Of a stretch of 64,000 nucleotides of DNA, positions 48,434 to 62,235 are shown piece by piece. The stretch is taken from the NCBI GenBank assembly GCA_973895155.1, contig OZ316894.1, forward strand, positions 1,402,953 to 1,466,952. Reading direction: 5' to 3'. The translations under genes were made by a program, and so were the position numbers. The notes below the pieces were generated by a model. That model saw only the letters and a program-made list of their open reading frames with translations, had not been told where the DNA came from and ran no database searches. Numbering within the stretch: the first letter of the stretch is position 1; each line of letters opens with the position of its first letter. This stretch comes from Marsupella aquatica (Eukaryota > Plantae > Marchantiophyta).

Positions 48434-50439
48434 GAGCAGAATGTGTCATAGAATCGAATGCTTTGCCAGTGGTCGGTCTATAGTCGTGATGTGAGGAGGC
48501 CGGGCCACTCTTTTTTGTAGGTCATCATCAGTGCAGAATTGCAGTGACAGACATTTCTTATCAGATCTATCTTCATTCTTAATGCCAATCGAACAGCTGT
48601 TGAATGCACTACACGGACATGATGACAGATTGATGCCCAATTTGGTAATCCTCTATCGGATTTAGTTTTAAGTTTATCGGGAATAGAATTGAAGTCGCAG
48701 CTGACAATGCTGGACGGATGTACATGAACATGATACCATATACGTATCCAATTTGGAACATTCTATCAGATTGACTCTACGAATTGAATTCAATTGACAG
48801 CTGAGGCTACGCGAATGAGCTTGCTGACTGATACTTGTCGAGCTCACCTCCGACCTCACCTTGAAGTCGAATCTTGCTACGAATTTCACTTCCTGGCCGA
48901 ACCTTTCTGGGGCTGTCTATATTAGTCGCTTGAAGTTCTGGTATTATGAAAACTTACTTCAAAAGTTCGAATAACTAACTAGACCATCTTGAACTCAGTT
49001 GGTGCGGTGCGAAGCCTGCCAGAGGCCTTCGAAAACTCTTTACAATAAAACAATCTAACATTAAATTAATGTACACATTTACTTCCAAACTAAATTCTTG
49101 GACCAATTGCCGAAGCTCCGATGTTTCATCATTGAAGATGTCAAAGGTTTGCGGGGACCTAGAAAGGCAAACCAGTTCTTTGGCCGGACTGAAGGGTCTT
49201 CATCTCATTATTGAATCTACATCTTAAACTTTCCTGCGCCAACAGTAGTGTAGGGGCCAGATTGCTGGAGTTCACATTGATTGGGCATGGATCAATTGTT
49301 TGAACCGGCATTATATATATGGGGTTCTTATGTCACGAGTAGGTGCAGAGAGAAGGGGCACAGAGAACTAGAATCTATTGACTGACCCCGAATACGTCTC
49401 GAAGACCTGGAGCAAAAGAGTAAAAGATGAGACGGCCTCAAGTATGAGAAATCGTCTGTTGTCAGATTTTGAAATCAAAGAATCGGATCTTTGAACTCAA
49501 TCGACACATGGTAATCAAGGATTAAAGGAGTTCATGAATGTTGCAGTCTATACTTACGGACTGAGTTTAGGCAAAGAAATATAAATTTTTGGAGATGTGT
49601 CAGAGTAAGGAAATGGACCCAGGTGAAGCGTCTGGCAAGCGAGTGGATAAGTTAACAGTAAGCAATGCACAGTGTTTCCTCCCAACTCGTGAGGTTATTG
49701 TCCCTAGTTGTGTGACACGAGCTGGAGAAGGTTTGCTTGAGTTGTATCGTAAGCGAGCTTCCTTCCATATTCGGAGTCCCTGTGAAATCTTCCTCTGCTT
49801 GAAATCTCTAATGATATCCAGTGTTTGTTTGGGTTAAGGGAAGCTACACGCATCTCTTTGGTCTCAACTATAGATGTTGACCACAGTGACAGTTTGAAGC
49901 GATACGCTAAGGATTCAGCCTTTTGGTTCAAGCAATTCCTGCGCCGCTATCATACCGCCTCCTGAAGTGTGTTGGTACAAATAAACGCCGTCCCGAGCAC
50001 GAAGTAACGCATGGACCAGGGATTGAAAGACAAGTCAGGGTATTTTTCCCGAGGGGTATGTCGCACCTCGTGCCTTTGGGCCAAAGAAAAGAGAAAAATA
50101 GCAACGATGAATCTGAATGAAAAGGTGGCTACGATGCATTCGATTTGCTTGACTGTCAGGCTGTGACCTGAAAACTCCCATGGGGAACTGAGGGACTTGG
50201 TTTTAAGACGGAGTAATTCGTAGAGTACAGTGAGTAGCTGGAGTACGTAATGAAGCTCGTCGATTTGAATGACGACAGTAAAATTTGTAGAGGAAATGAG
50301 AGGACTGAACATACAAAGAAAAGGCCCAACGCTGATAGTTACGAGCTGAATGAGTTGCGGAGTAGTTGAAATTTGAAAGTATCGAACCATCTGGATACCC
50401 AATGAGATCCCGAAGTGGCCGATCAGAAGGCTGGCGCAA

Positions 50440-51253
50440 CAAGGGAATAGCGGGCTGGGCCTTGCAGCTGTGCTGTTCGAGTTCGGGGCAGAGTCGCAAA
50501 TTGATCCCCATACTCATCCTCGCGCAACCGAAGTGTTCTACGTTCTTCCAGGTACAGTTCAGTAGAATTCGTTATGACACTGCACGTAATCGATCAAAGC
50601 CGTGCGCATGTCAACATAATCCGGATCTATGGGTTTTCCTTTAATCGATCCACCATATCAAGTTACTTGATTCATTTGATGTAATCAAAATGCTGCAATG
50701 TCTTACGTGCTGAAGGACCGCAGGCTCGTCAGTAGTCGCACTTAGCGTTTAATTCCTGCAGCTATGTTTGATTAGAATCGTTACATGATGTGGCGAGCTG
50801 CTGGTGCCATCGTGCTAGAAAAAAACTATGCTTAGATCGATACGTCGACCAACATGTTGAGAATTCTGCTTTTCCCATTGATGATTATAATGAAGATTGA
50901 AGACATTATTCTTGTGTTGTATTTTGGATTCAGGGGCACTTGACGTGGGATTTGTCGATACTGCAAACGAGCTATTCGAGACAACCGTGCTGGCGGGCGA
51001 CATCTTTGTGTTTCCCAAGGGTACTTTGCACTGGCAGCGCAATAATGGTAAGACACCGGCTTCAGGCTTCTCTGCGCTCTCCAGTGAGAACCCCGGAACG
51101 CTCCTGATTGCCAAAGCTCTCTTCACCGCCGGTGGCAAAGGTCTCCCCGACAATGTTCTCAGCACGGCCTTCGGTGTCAATGGCAACAACCAGGAAATAG
51201 ACCAGGTCAAGCAGTCCGTTGCGATGAGGAACAACGTCACGTTAGCATGGTAG
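50440..51253 (+). pseudogene. Germin-like (cupin) protein, apparently 5'-truncated; exons about 50440-50551 and 50934-51253
   Basis: PHTHPRATE box 1 and GDIFVFPKGTLHWQRN box 2, SSENPG; no N-terminus or signal peptide found (in-frame stop just upstream). Confidence 0.78.
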
Positions 51254-54200
51254 TGGATTGAATCTGGTTAATGTTACACAATTGACGAACGAGCTACTGT
51301 CTTGAGCATTGGCCGAAAGACGGATTCGCAGATTCTCTTAGTCTGTAGTGAAGCTGTCTGTAGATGCACTTCGTTCGAACTTGGGGGCTCTACATTCTCG
51401 TACAGGCATTTGGTTTCAAGCCTGAATTTATTGTAAAAATGCCATCTTAGCTAGACTCAGTAGGGATGCAGGAATTCCTCAATCCGGGCAGTACTTAGCA
51501 ATTATAAATGTAAGGCTGCTGCCGGAGACCTGAGACAAACTGCATTTCTTCGATCTACGCTAGAATAATTCTGCCTGGTTGTAGGAGCTCAGTGGGCTTT
51601 TCGGTTTTTGGTGATTAGGGTTCAATCTAGTTTTTATTCTTTAGCCAGTTGCTGCGGATTCTTGGGCGTTTTGGCTCTTCTGCCTTCCTGTGTTGTTCGC
51701 CTAAGTGTTTCCCTCCATCATTGGGTTTCTTGGGGTTTGTTGCCTTCGGGATCCTGTCTCCCTCTGTGGCACCTTCTGTTCTTTGCATTAGTTTCTATAT
51801 TTTCAGAGCTCCACAGCTCATCGACATTGTTTGTTGCGAATTTTCATAACTCTCATTTAAGCATTTGTCTTAAATATGTCCAATGTATGAAAATGAACAC
51901 ATACATTAGTATGAATTCGTGTGCAGCGGGAGTTTGCTCGCCAAATAGATATGGATCTATGTATCTCTCCATAATTGGGAGTGCGATGTCTACGGATCCA
52001 AGTTCGGGCTTTGGAATTCAACTCAAGGATTGAATGATGTCTATATATGCAGCGAGCTAGACATAGCTTCTGTGTGTTACCTCCTCTCAGGATATACCTT
52101 ATGATATCTTTTTTGTCGTAGTTATATGCTAAAAAACGAACTTCTGAGAATACTAAGTGTGTGGAGAGTGAAGTGAAGTAACTGAGTGACTAATCTTTAC
52201 AAATTTATAGCTACTTTGTACACTAGCAAAGACAATACGCTGAGCTAGGGTCACACACATACAAGGGACTCAGACTAGCAACAAGAGCAAGGCCGGGCTC
52301 AAGGGGGATGGTTCCCAACCCCAAATGGATGTTGAGTTTCGAGGGCTCAAGTGAGAGCTCCTCTTGGGCTTAAGTCGGGACGCTCTCATGGACGCTTAAC
52401 GCATGAGCTATTGGCGGAGCATGGGCAGGGCGATCCGGGACCTCCAACAGCTAGAAAAGAGTCCTAGAAGGGTCCAGGCATGAGCACTTTGTCGGCCAGG
52501 TCACAACTACAGTACTTTCTCTAAAGACGCCTAACAAGGATGTTATGGCCAAAACAAGTTTGCTCCGCACCCAGTGAAAGAGTCAGACGTGTTTAGGGAA
52601 AGGGAGAAGGAGGCCCCCATAAGTGTTCTTGATTTGGTCCCTTGTAGCTGAGCCCATTGAATTGCCTAGTAGCAAAGTTGTAACAGTTACTAGTTACTAC
52701 ATCTGAAGTTGCACCTGATTCTGAGGTTTCAAGCGAGGTTTCAAGGCCAGGTGAGACATATGACTCCACTAAGCCAGAAGTCATAGATTTTGGAGACATT
52801 TGACCCCACGTACTGCAAAGAAATGCAAGGCTCCCCTGAACAAAGGTCTAACTTCTAAGTAGGTGGAAACCACATGAGAGATGTGAATGTAAATTGTTTG
52901 ATGGTAGCATGAAATCTTGCATGGACGTACCACCAATTGGCAAACAGTTTCCTTGTCTAGAGTCAATTGCAAATTGGAGTCTCCCAAGGTGTGGTAGATA
53001 GTCCCTGTTTGGTTTGCACCAGAGACACCGCACAATTCCACCTTTCAACCTGGCAATGGCCATTGCCTTGTGCCGAACACAGAATTTGTGGTTTTAAAGT
53101 CACTTCCCCTCCCTATCACATTGCCACAACACATACCATTTGGTTCTTTCAAGTTTCATTGCTACCAGATAGGGGATTCCTCAGAGATGTGCATACATCA
53201 AGACAAGATTGAGAAGTTCTTGTTGTGCCATTCGAGCACATTTATTTTTTGGTTCTGTTTGAATCTGATTACTTTTGTACTTGTCTGAGGTGTGGTGTGC
53301 ATTGTGATCATTGCAAGTCATATATGTGAACTTGTAATTGCAGGTGCCAGTTTGCAATGGCTTCTTTGAAGCATTGTGCTAGGCAAAGCGAGTCAAGAGT
53401 GGTAGAGAACACCAGGGATCTGTATTGGAGTTAATATCTATCACTGTAGGTACCTTATCTTAGGACGGTGCTGATGTACGTTGAGAAGGATGAAATCAAT
53501 AGCTGGCACAAGCTTATTTTTTACCTTGCAAGAGTGGTTTGGTAGCCACAGGGCGAGGAGAGGCAAAGCACACTCAAGGGTAGTGTCGGAAAGTATGATT
53601 CGTTACTAGAGCTAGATCTCGGATAGCATGTTTTGGAATTCAATGCATCTGACTCTTATTGGAGCAATGCATCTGACTCTTATTGGAGCAATGCATTACA
53701 TGCTTAACCTTGCAAGGAAAGATATTGTACAAATTTGGCAAGAGAACCTGCATGAGGTCTCCTTACCGAATGATGATCTTGATGAAACGGCTGAGCCTCA
53801 GAGCAAAGCACCACCTTGTGAAGGACATAAAGAGTGACGATCCTGATGCAATGGGTCGGAACAAAGCACCACCTCGTGAACATCCTCCCCAGGGAATGCA
53901 CCTCTAAAGAACCATATAACTTACCGAGTAATTCAAGGATATGTTATGAATAAATCAAGTACAGAGCTTTGTTTAAGAGCTTTCAAGCTGTGCTCGTTTC
54001 TTGGATGGACCGCCAGCAATGCATCATGGTAAATACCACTAGAGCGGTAGCAATTATCTGCAGCGAAAACAACTTCTTTGTAGCCTTTCGAATTGTGCCG
54101 ACTTATTATTAGATGGAACCGAAGCCTCCATTGCCAATTACCTTGAAGACTTGCTGATTGATGTCTGTTCATCCTCAAGTTGGAGGCTTCTTAAGTCGTC

Positions 54201-56879
54201 CTTATTCTTGTCATGATCGAGCACACTTCTCGCCATGCTGGATCTTCTCTGCCCAGGACGCTAAACCCAGTTGGAACTAAACTGATTTTCAAGTTACTAA
54301 CTGTTATGTAAGTGCGAACGAACACAGATCACTACTCCACAGCGGTGTCACCAATAAAAGCACCAAAGACCACTGAATGTGAATCTGCCTTGTGAATGTA
54401 ACTATATATATGGAATATGTTTGCAAAAATTAAGATCTCACTAGAGAGTTGCTTCAGTTTATGCTGAGAAAAATTGAAGCAACAGTCGGTTTCCAAGGAT
54501 TCAACATATGTGCAACATGCAAACTAAGGTTACATGAACTTAGAATAGGGATGTCAGAAGGTGAAAAGAACTACAAGACTGGCCAGAAGGGGAACAAGAA
54601 TGTTATATAGACTTTGTCCCTTGGTGGAAGATAGAAGAGCTAGAATGACACTGGAACATTGGCCAAACTAATCAATAAACAAGGAATAATCGCACCTTAT
54701 TCCTGAGGCAACTTACGACTCAAACACTAGTGCTTCTTCAGCCCCATTTCTGTATCAAGGCAGCGTGTGCAGCAGTAGACGTAAACTGACTGTACAATAT
54801 CTCTGGTCAGAATCCCAAGTCAAGCTCGTTCCTCCACAAGGAGCTCGCCGATCCTTTCTCCACTTAAGGGAATTCAAATTATCTGCAGCTCATGAACTAA
54901 GGAAATTAAGATGCTGTCAAAGATGTTCAGATGAAACCAAAAAGAATCATAGATGAGACTTCTGGCTGTCAAGCCCAATTAAAGTGATAAACGTTAGCCT
55001 AATCAAGTGAAATGAAAAGCCAATCTGTGTAAGTGACGTGTGATGAACCGTGTGAAAAACATGAGCACCTTCTGGCAATGGGGTGCATTGGTACAAACTG
55101 TTTTTGCTACATATTAAATATTAGTTCAAAGTATCAATCAAGAAACAGCCCCGTTTACTCTCTAAGCTAGAATCCCTGCGACGACCTTCCAAAGGAGATT
55201 GGGATGAGAAAAAATGATATGCGTCAGTGCCCACTTCAAGTCAAAAACCCTTCGCCTCGTGCTGAACGATGCTGCTCCCAGGCTCGTGCAAATCTACCGG
55301 TGGTAGTTCACTATTGCTCCTGTTACGGTAGGAAGCGAGCAACGAATCTCCCCAATTGGAACTTGGGAAACCACACAAAGCGTTAATTACTTTCCTATTC
55401 TGTCCTTACTGATATTCTTTCCTGTTCCTTGAATTCTCCAATTAATGATAGAATGGTCGTTTCTACCTACTTTTTGGTCTCCCGGGGCAGACACCTCCTC
55501 CTGTAGGCAAAACAAAAAGTAGAAAACAGAAGTTCTCCTACTTTGTTTTTTTTTCAGCGCAAAGATCTAGTAGTGTATATTGCAGTCTGTCGGTGTTCCT
55601 GTTCACGGCAATTCCGAATTACTTCCCGTTTTTGTCGCATAGCTTTCTTGAATCAGGTTGGCACTAACCTTGGACATCATTTTTCTTACCCAACCGTAGC
55701 TCTAATACTGTGTAAACTTAGAAGTAGACATTACAACCCGTGGCAAGCTTAATTTTTATGTGGTTCTGCGTGCAATTGCTGCACGCTAAAAGTATTTGGA
55801 AGATGCATGTTACAGCAGCCGTTGGTATAGCATTCTGACGCACATTAGAGCCGTCGTGGCTTGTCAACTGGTGAAATGTTTCTTCTGGAGCATCACGTCG
55901 GGGAGCATCATCAAGCACACGATCGACGTGACTACAGATTCTTTTTCAACCCCGCCTTAGTGGGTAGTTTCAGTCTCCAGCTAGGTTCCTTAACAGGGTC
56001 ATTTAATTCCTAACATTTACACCAGAAATAGATCCAGCAAACGCTGATGCAAAGCTCATGCACGATAGCATGTATCTTGCGCGGTCTGAAATCCATATTG
56101 AAGGTCGGAGCTCTTAATCTTAGATGCGCATTTTCCTGTAATGGCCCAAAGTGATATCATAGCCTGACCCTTTGAATTGCCAGGAATCAGGTCAGTGATG
56201 AAAGCGCCCCTGATTGAGCCACACTTCTGTCCTCTTGAGAAAACCATTCAGATCAACATGTCTAGCTACACCTGAGCACGCACCCCATGTTCAGCATTGC
56301 GAGGAACTGATCGATAGAAAAATCTTCGGGTAGTAGTATACTCAACTACAGACTGGACGACGCTCCAGAGCAGGGAGGCTCAAGAGACATAAAGCTACTT
56401 ACTATTCACCAAGCAAATCCAAAAGTTTGCTGTTTGTTACTCTGTTACAGGCTTACAATGTGCCACAATGGTAGGTGAGTGCATGGCATCTTGATCGTAC
56501 TATCAGTTCAACCTTTTTTGACTAACCTTTAAGTGAGAGAGCTACAGAGTTGAGTCCGACTCTTACTTAGCCTAATGAGTACTAGGCCTTTGATGTTAAA
56601 TTTGATCAGGGTCATTAGGAGTATATAAGGTAGCTTTTGTCATTGAATCTACTGGACAGCATCAATGAATTCAGTCTAATTTCGGAATTTTGTTTCCACG
56701 TACGTAGGAACAGTTTGTTGGGTTTGCGATGGCCGAGAAAGCGGTCAGTGGCAGAGTGGCATTCAATGTGCTGTTGGTGCACTGACTCATGACATAGGCA
56801 AGGTGGTCGGTGCCCGTTGTGACTTTGGGCTTCACCGTGAAGTTTTTGCAAGGAGAAATGTGCAGCGCTGATAGAGCAC

Positions 56880-57720
56880 GTGGACAGTACATCTGGGGCT
56901 ATCGACCGAGTTGAGGAAGAGAGAAAGTTGAAATCACGAAATTCGGCCTACGATGACCCCTACAAAATTCCTCTTCAACATTTTGTCCAAGTCGAAGATT
57001 CCCTGGTCGAGGCTTGATAACAGGTTGGATGTAATGTTTAATTTTTTGCTACGGAAACGGAGAAGTAGGAAGCTTCTACTTTAAAGAGGCTTTCAGATGA
57101 TGACAGCATTCTCAGATTTTATGGAACGTTCAAGCAGGGCCCTCATGGATACCTGGTAGTGGGGCGACCTGCCAAAACACTTCAAACGGTGTATAATTGG
57201 CACAGGGAGGCTGAAAAGCAGGCTCTAGAAATTGCTTTGCGTTTGGCCTACTATGCCCATGTTGCTAGTATCGATCCGTCACAGGAACTTGATTGCAAAC
57301 GTGTTATTGACAGGTGTCAGTCATTTCAGAATCGTTGGTTAATTTCTTTGAAGGACGAGTGATGAGCGAACCTAGCGACAAGAAGTGACAGATGCAGAGT
57401 AACTTAGATGGAGAGCTCCTGAGATGCTTGAGAGGAATTGACAGTCCTCCGTATAACGAGACGTGTGACATCTTTTCCTTGGGAGTCATCGAGTGGGAGT
57501 TAATCACGGGTGATTCACCTTTCTCTGAATGCTCCTCAATCAAAGAGTTGATGTAAGTGAGGCACAGGAATAAGACCCGGCTCCATTTCCAAGGATTTGA
57601 ATCCAACCTGCCCTTCCTTCTGCTTTCACGCAGGTGCCCCTTGATTGCATGGCAGACAATCCTGAGCCGAGACCAACATTTAACAGTGTCGTTGAGCGTA
57701 TTCTGCTTTTCGCACCGGAA
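56880..57720 (+). pseudogene. Degraded intronless TKL-type protein kinase
   Basis: Across frames: EASTLKRL..SILRFYGTF, IRHRNLIANVLL, LRWRAPEM, YNETCDIFSLGVIEWELITGDSPF and NPEPRPTF. Confidence 0.7.
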
Positions 57721-58611
57721 GAAATGTGCAATCACGGTGACGGAGGACCTGTTTGACATGATACGTGTGTTGCACATTGGACTTGGCATTTGGGTCGTAC
57801 GCAGTACTAAAGGATTTATAGCTGGCTCTGATGCAGTCGCCTGTCGGTAGCCAGGTCTGGACTGCTGTTTCACAATAGATGTTGTAAAGAGTTCAGGTGA
57901 GGAGGGTTACTGTAGGTTTACCATGCAGTTAACACATTGGCGTGGAGAACAAAAATTGAATGCGCAAAAATCAATGTGTTGAGGGAATAATTAGTTGCGT
58001 AAGAGAAACAACACAACTACATCTTCGCAACCTCGATCTTGATACAAAATTTAGCTTTTCATGAGGTTAGCGTGCACTGCGCTGCTTGAATTAGCATGAT
58101 ATTACAAAATATTACAGGAGGTCTTCTGAAGAGAGAATTCTACCTGTCCCTGATGGCCTTTGCATTTGCGAGCTTCCTATAAAATATATCCTTTTCAAGG
58201 GTAGAGGTCAACATTATTGATTTTGATATCCACAGCAAGCTACGTCAATGACGTACAGACCAGATGACGAGTCTGGAACGTGTTATTGTCGATGAGAAAG
58301 CTTGTGTACGTAACCTCTCCATCGATCGATGTGACAGAAGATATATTCAATCCCAAATTAAAGCGCCTCCGATCATCAAAACAACGTTGAACAAGGGCTA
58401 TGATTGTTGATGAACCCAGGCAGTACTCCGAGGCTGTAACTTGTCACAATCATGTTCTCTTTGGATCCGAATGCTCCACTACTGTAGCTGTTCCGATGTG
58501 GAGAACATTCCGTAGCTGTCAGATGTAAGATCCATGGCATACTTTCTTCAAGTGTTGAAAACTAGAGTGCACATTCCTAAACGGGTGCCCTACGAAGAGA
58601 ATGTCTTGTAC

Positions 58612-58695
58612 CGTACGCGTACCTAGATCACTCTACTGGTACGCGTACCTAGATCACTCTACTGGTACGCGTACCTAGATCACTCTACTGGTACG
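58612..58695. repeat. 26-bp tandem repeat x3
   Basis: GTACGCGTACCTAGATCACTCTACTG repeated. Confidence 0.9.
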
Positions 58696-60479
58696 CCAAT
58701 CTGCTGCTGTACATACCTAATTGGACGGTGTAATTGATGATCGGACAATCACGTAACAATACGCACCTAGCGGACAGTTGCATGTAAGAGCCAACGGCCC
58801 AATGCTGACATGTGCATGCCTGCGGCACAGTCCACGAAAGTTTTTTTTGGTACAACAAAAAGCAGTTGGAAGAAAGGTCCGCAAACTTACCTGGAATGAT
58901 TTTGAAACGTGCTCGACTGGACAGACTGAGCTCTGCTACTGCAACACAACCACTAAGGGGTTGATTCTCTGAAATCCTTTAGGTCGTCTTGCCGCCCCCA
59001 CGAGCAGTCTCGATCTCTTGATCGATATCTAGCGCTCTCGCTGGAGATATATTGTACAGTGAAATAGCATCTAGGGGAAAGTTCCCTGGCGCAGTCTTTG
59101 TCTGTCTGTCTCCCTTTCAACCATGCCTGCCTGCCAGAGCTCGAACGGCGAGCTTGACTTGCCCAGAAACTTGGGAGGTACGTGAGATTTTTGGTACTTT
59201 TACTTAGCCCATGACTCTGTTGGCTGGCTGGCTCGCCGACAAAAATAGTTCTCGATTCCGCTCGGGAAGGTTTTAGGAAGTCTCAAGGGTTCTGATTATA
59301 AAGATACTTTTGATTCATTAGCTCCCTGAGCACACCCATGATCAAGTACAATAGTCTTGCATGCTGTCCGTTACAGGTTTCATCGGCTGAGTAGCTTAAT
59401 TAGCAACAGATATTGTCCATTTGTTACGAAGACTGCACAGTTCCTCTGGCAATCTCTCCTCGAGTGGACAAATCTCGCTGTAGGGTAATTGCTTAGTGGA
59501 GGATTCAAATTCACACACGGTCAACACGGGATGTTCACAGAGACTTTTCAGTCTTGAGATTAGACTCTAGGAGCTTTATAGATCTGGAAAGGTGGCCTCT
59601 TGATTCAGCTCATTAAACTTTCCAGCCAGCCAGCATCTGGACAGTTGCTCCTTGTTGGAATTTGGATGTGCAGACTGATCGAGGATGTTTTCAGGTAAGT
59701 GGGCGCTCTCCATGTGCTAGCTAGTTGCCAGCGATCTGGCACATCAGCCCCACTGTGCATGGAGGAATTTTGCGCTGACGAGTGCTTCCTGCAAACCTTC
59801 GTTTCGGCGTAGTTTGATATTGATCTTGAAAATTTTTAAATCTGCAGACTTCGAAGTTCGATACTGGATAACACTTTTAAAATTTTCATAGAACGGATGG
59901 TGTAAGTTTGAAGGGGCTGAGATTTTGCTTATGCGCGACTTGAGATTCATATGGGGAGAAAGCTGCTGTAGATCCACATTAGCGTAGCATAGCTTTTGAT
60001 GGAGGGCCAAATTGCAGGTCTTCCGGAAGGTAGTTCCTTAGTAACAATGCTCTTGAGCTAAGCCATCCCCGTCCATCTAGCTGAGACCGAAATTGAGAAG
60101 TCATAATCATCACATTACAAACGCCAGCCTCGTCAGGCGACACATTCATGATCACAAGAAGGGGCGCTGCTCATAGACTGGAGCAGTCCGAGCTCCACAG
60201 AGAAGCGTGCTTGAATGAGAATCTGTGCATATACACCCTTCGAGTTTCAGTGATTGAGGTGACCGTGGAAAACTTTCAGCATTAGTATCCGAAGAGCTGT
60301 TACTCGTTCTTTGTTGGTGGCCGACTCCTTCTCACGCTGTTAAGCATTAATGCGCTATATTATGACACATCGCTATTGAGTTGCGATTAGTTTGACGTGC
60401 TTTTTGGATTGTGGAGTTGATCACACGCTGTATTTCTAAGACCACCGGGATCGAGGAGGGGAGTTCCAGGCGCAGTACT

Positions 60480-61426
60480 ATGGCCAGCGTGGAATTTTCA
60501 AGAGTGCAGACCGTCAGTAAAGCCATGAAGGAGCAGCAACGTCTCCTGAAGTTGGGACAAGCGAACGAGATCTTTGAGTTGCAGTGCAGCCGTGCTAGAG
60601 CTTGTTCTTGGCAAGAATCTGGTCTGCGTCATCGCTTGCCAAAGATTGCCATGGATAGTGAAGTCGTTAGCGATGATGGTGAAGAGAAGTGTCTCCTGGG
60701 CGACCGAACGTCCAAGTCCTCACAAAGCAGCTTGAATACCCAGAAGGGCTTTTCAAAATCTTTAGAGAAATATTTTAGTGCCTGCAGATTTAATGTGCGA
60801 TTCAAGCCTCGACGACCAGCGAAGCCCAAGAAAGTAGTGACGCCTTCCAAAAAGTTGCAGGTGCGCACTGTTCATCTCTTTAGTGGTCTACTCAAATGAG
60901 CCTTTCAGCACCAATCACTAACTATTTAACTTGTTTAGAATAGTCTACATTGGTTCAATGTCATACGGGGTCTAAAGACAGATTTCTGCCTGTATAATCG
61001 TCGCCATTGACGGCGAATTTCTCACTAAGTCTAAGTCAATAATTGCTTGGCGACTGTTCTCTATCGTCCTGAACCGATGTCTTTGTTAACTAGAATCATT
61101 GTTTGAGTAAATCGATGATGCCGACCAGTTTTACTATGCAGTCACTCGTTTGTCATGTTGAATATGTTCTTTTATCCTTTACATTGGATCAAGTTATGTG
61201 ATTCACATTCAGCAGATTGTCATTTCAAGTGTAATCTCAGTCTGTAATTAAGTGGAGTAAGCTGATCCGACAACTTCCACAAACGTCTCCTTTTACTTCG
61301 TTGACGCATTGTGGACCGTCCGTTGAAACAGACGGACCGGGAAGGCGACCAAGGCAGCAACATCTCATGTTTGGGGCAAGGCTGGAGAGGCCTACGGAAG
61401 AGACTGGGAGACATGATCAAGATTGA
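60480..61426 (+). CDS. Hypothetical protein of unknown function (exon 60480-60860; possible exon 61241-61426)
   Basis: 127-codon ATG exon ending at a CAG|GTGCGC donor, with a phase-compatible acceptor at 61240. Possible UTR donor CAG|GTAAGT near 59695. No recognisable domain. Confidence 0.3.
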
Positions 61427-62049
61427 AGAAGAAATCTTCATCTCGGTCCCCAGATCAGTTCTGTACTACGTTTAATTTCATTGAAAGGGTGTTCAGGATC
61501 AAGCGCAACAGCTGCTCCTTCTGCTGCAAAGCAGACCAACCATTAACTTCAGTCATTAATCAGATGGCCAAGAGGCATACACAGTACCTTAGATTTTGAG
61601 TCATTAGGGAGACATGCTTTATTGAACTTTCTTGAGTTTAATTGAAAGCGCAATTTGTCCAAAGACATCTCTTTCAAACAAGGAGGATAACAGAGGAAGC
61701 CTTTGTAGCGAGCCGTTTGCAACGAATTGGACAAGATACTTATATCGGAAAATTACCATCTCACCCAACTATGCAAGGAGTTTCAACTCTTCTTCCGATG
61801 GTCAACGAGCGATGACCACGGAACAGGCCATGGATGAGTTAATTTGTTTGTCAGCAGTGGAACCCCTTCACTTTTCCATGTTCCATCAGGGCATAGTAGA
61901 AAGTAGAGGAGTTCCTATAGAGCACACTAGAGCTAGCTCGTCTGCGGCATAATGTTCAGCTGCGGCCGGCTTAACAAGAAGTGACCATTCCAGAGCTGTT
62001 CTTAATGAACGAGGTCTTCAGAGCAAAGCTCAACAATGGACTGAGTATG

Positions 62050-62235
62050 GCAGTTCCGTGGATGTGGATTGAATTTGCCAATTCCGTGGATGTGACTTGA
62101 ATTTCACCATTTCGTGAAAGTGGATTGAACTTGCCAATTCCGTGGATGTGACTTGAATTTCACAATTATGTGAGAGTGCATGGATTGAACTTGCCAATTC
62201 CGTGTAATTGAATTGAATGTTCCAATTCCGTGGAA
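62050..62235. repeat. Degenerate tandem repeat (TTGCCAATTCCGTGGATGTG)
   Basis: Motif recurs about five times. Confidence 0.75.

Noticed and set aside
52100-53900. Possible LTR or other TE relics
   Set aside because: No termini, PBS or coding motif could be supported by eye.
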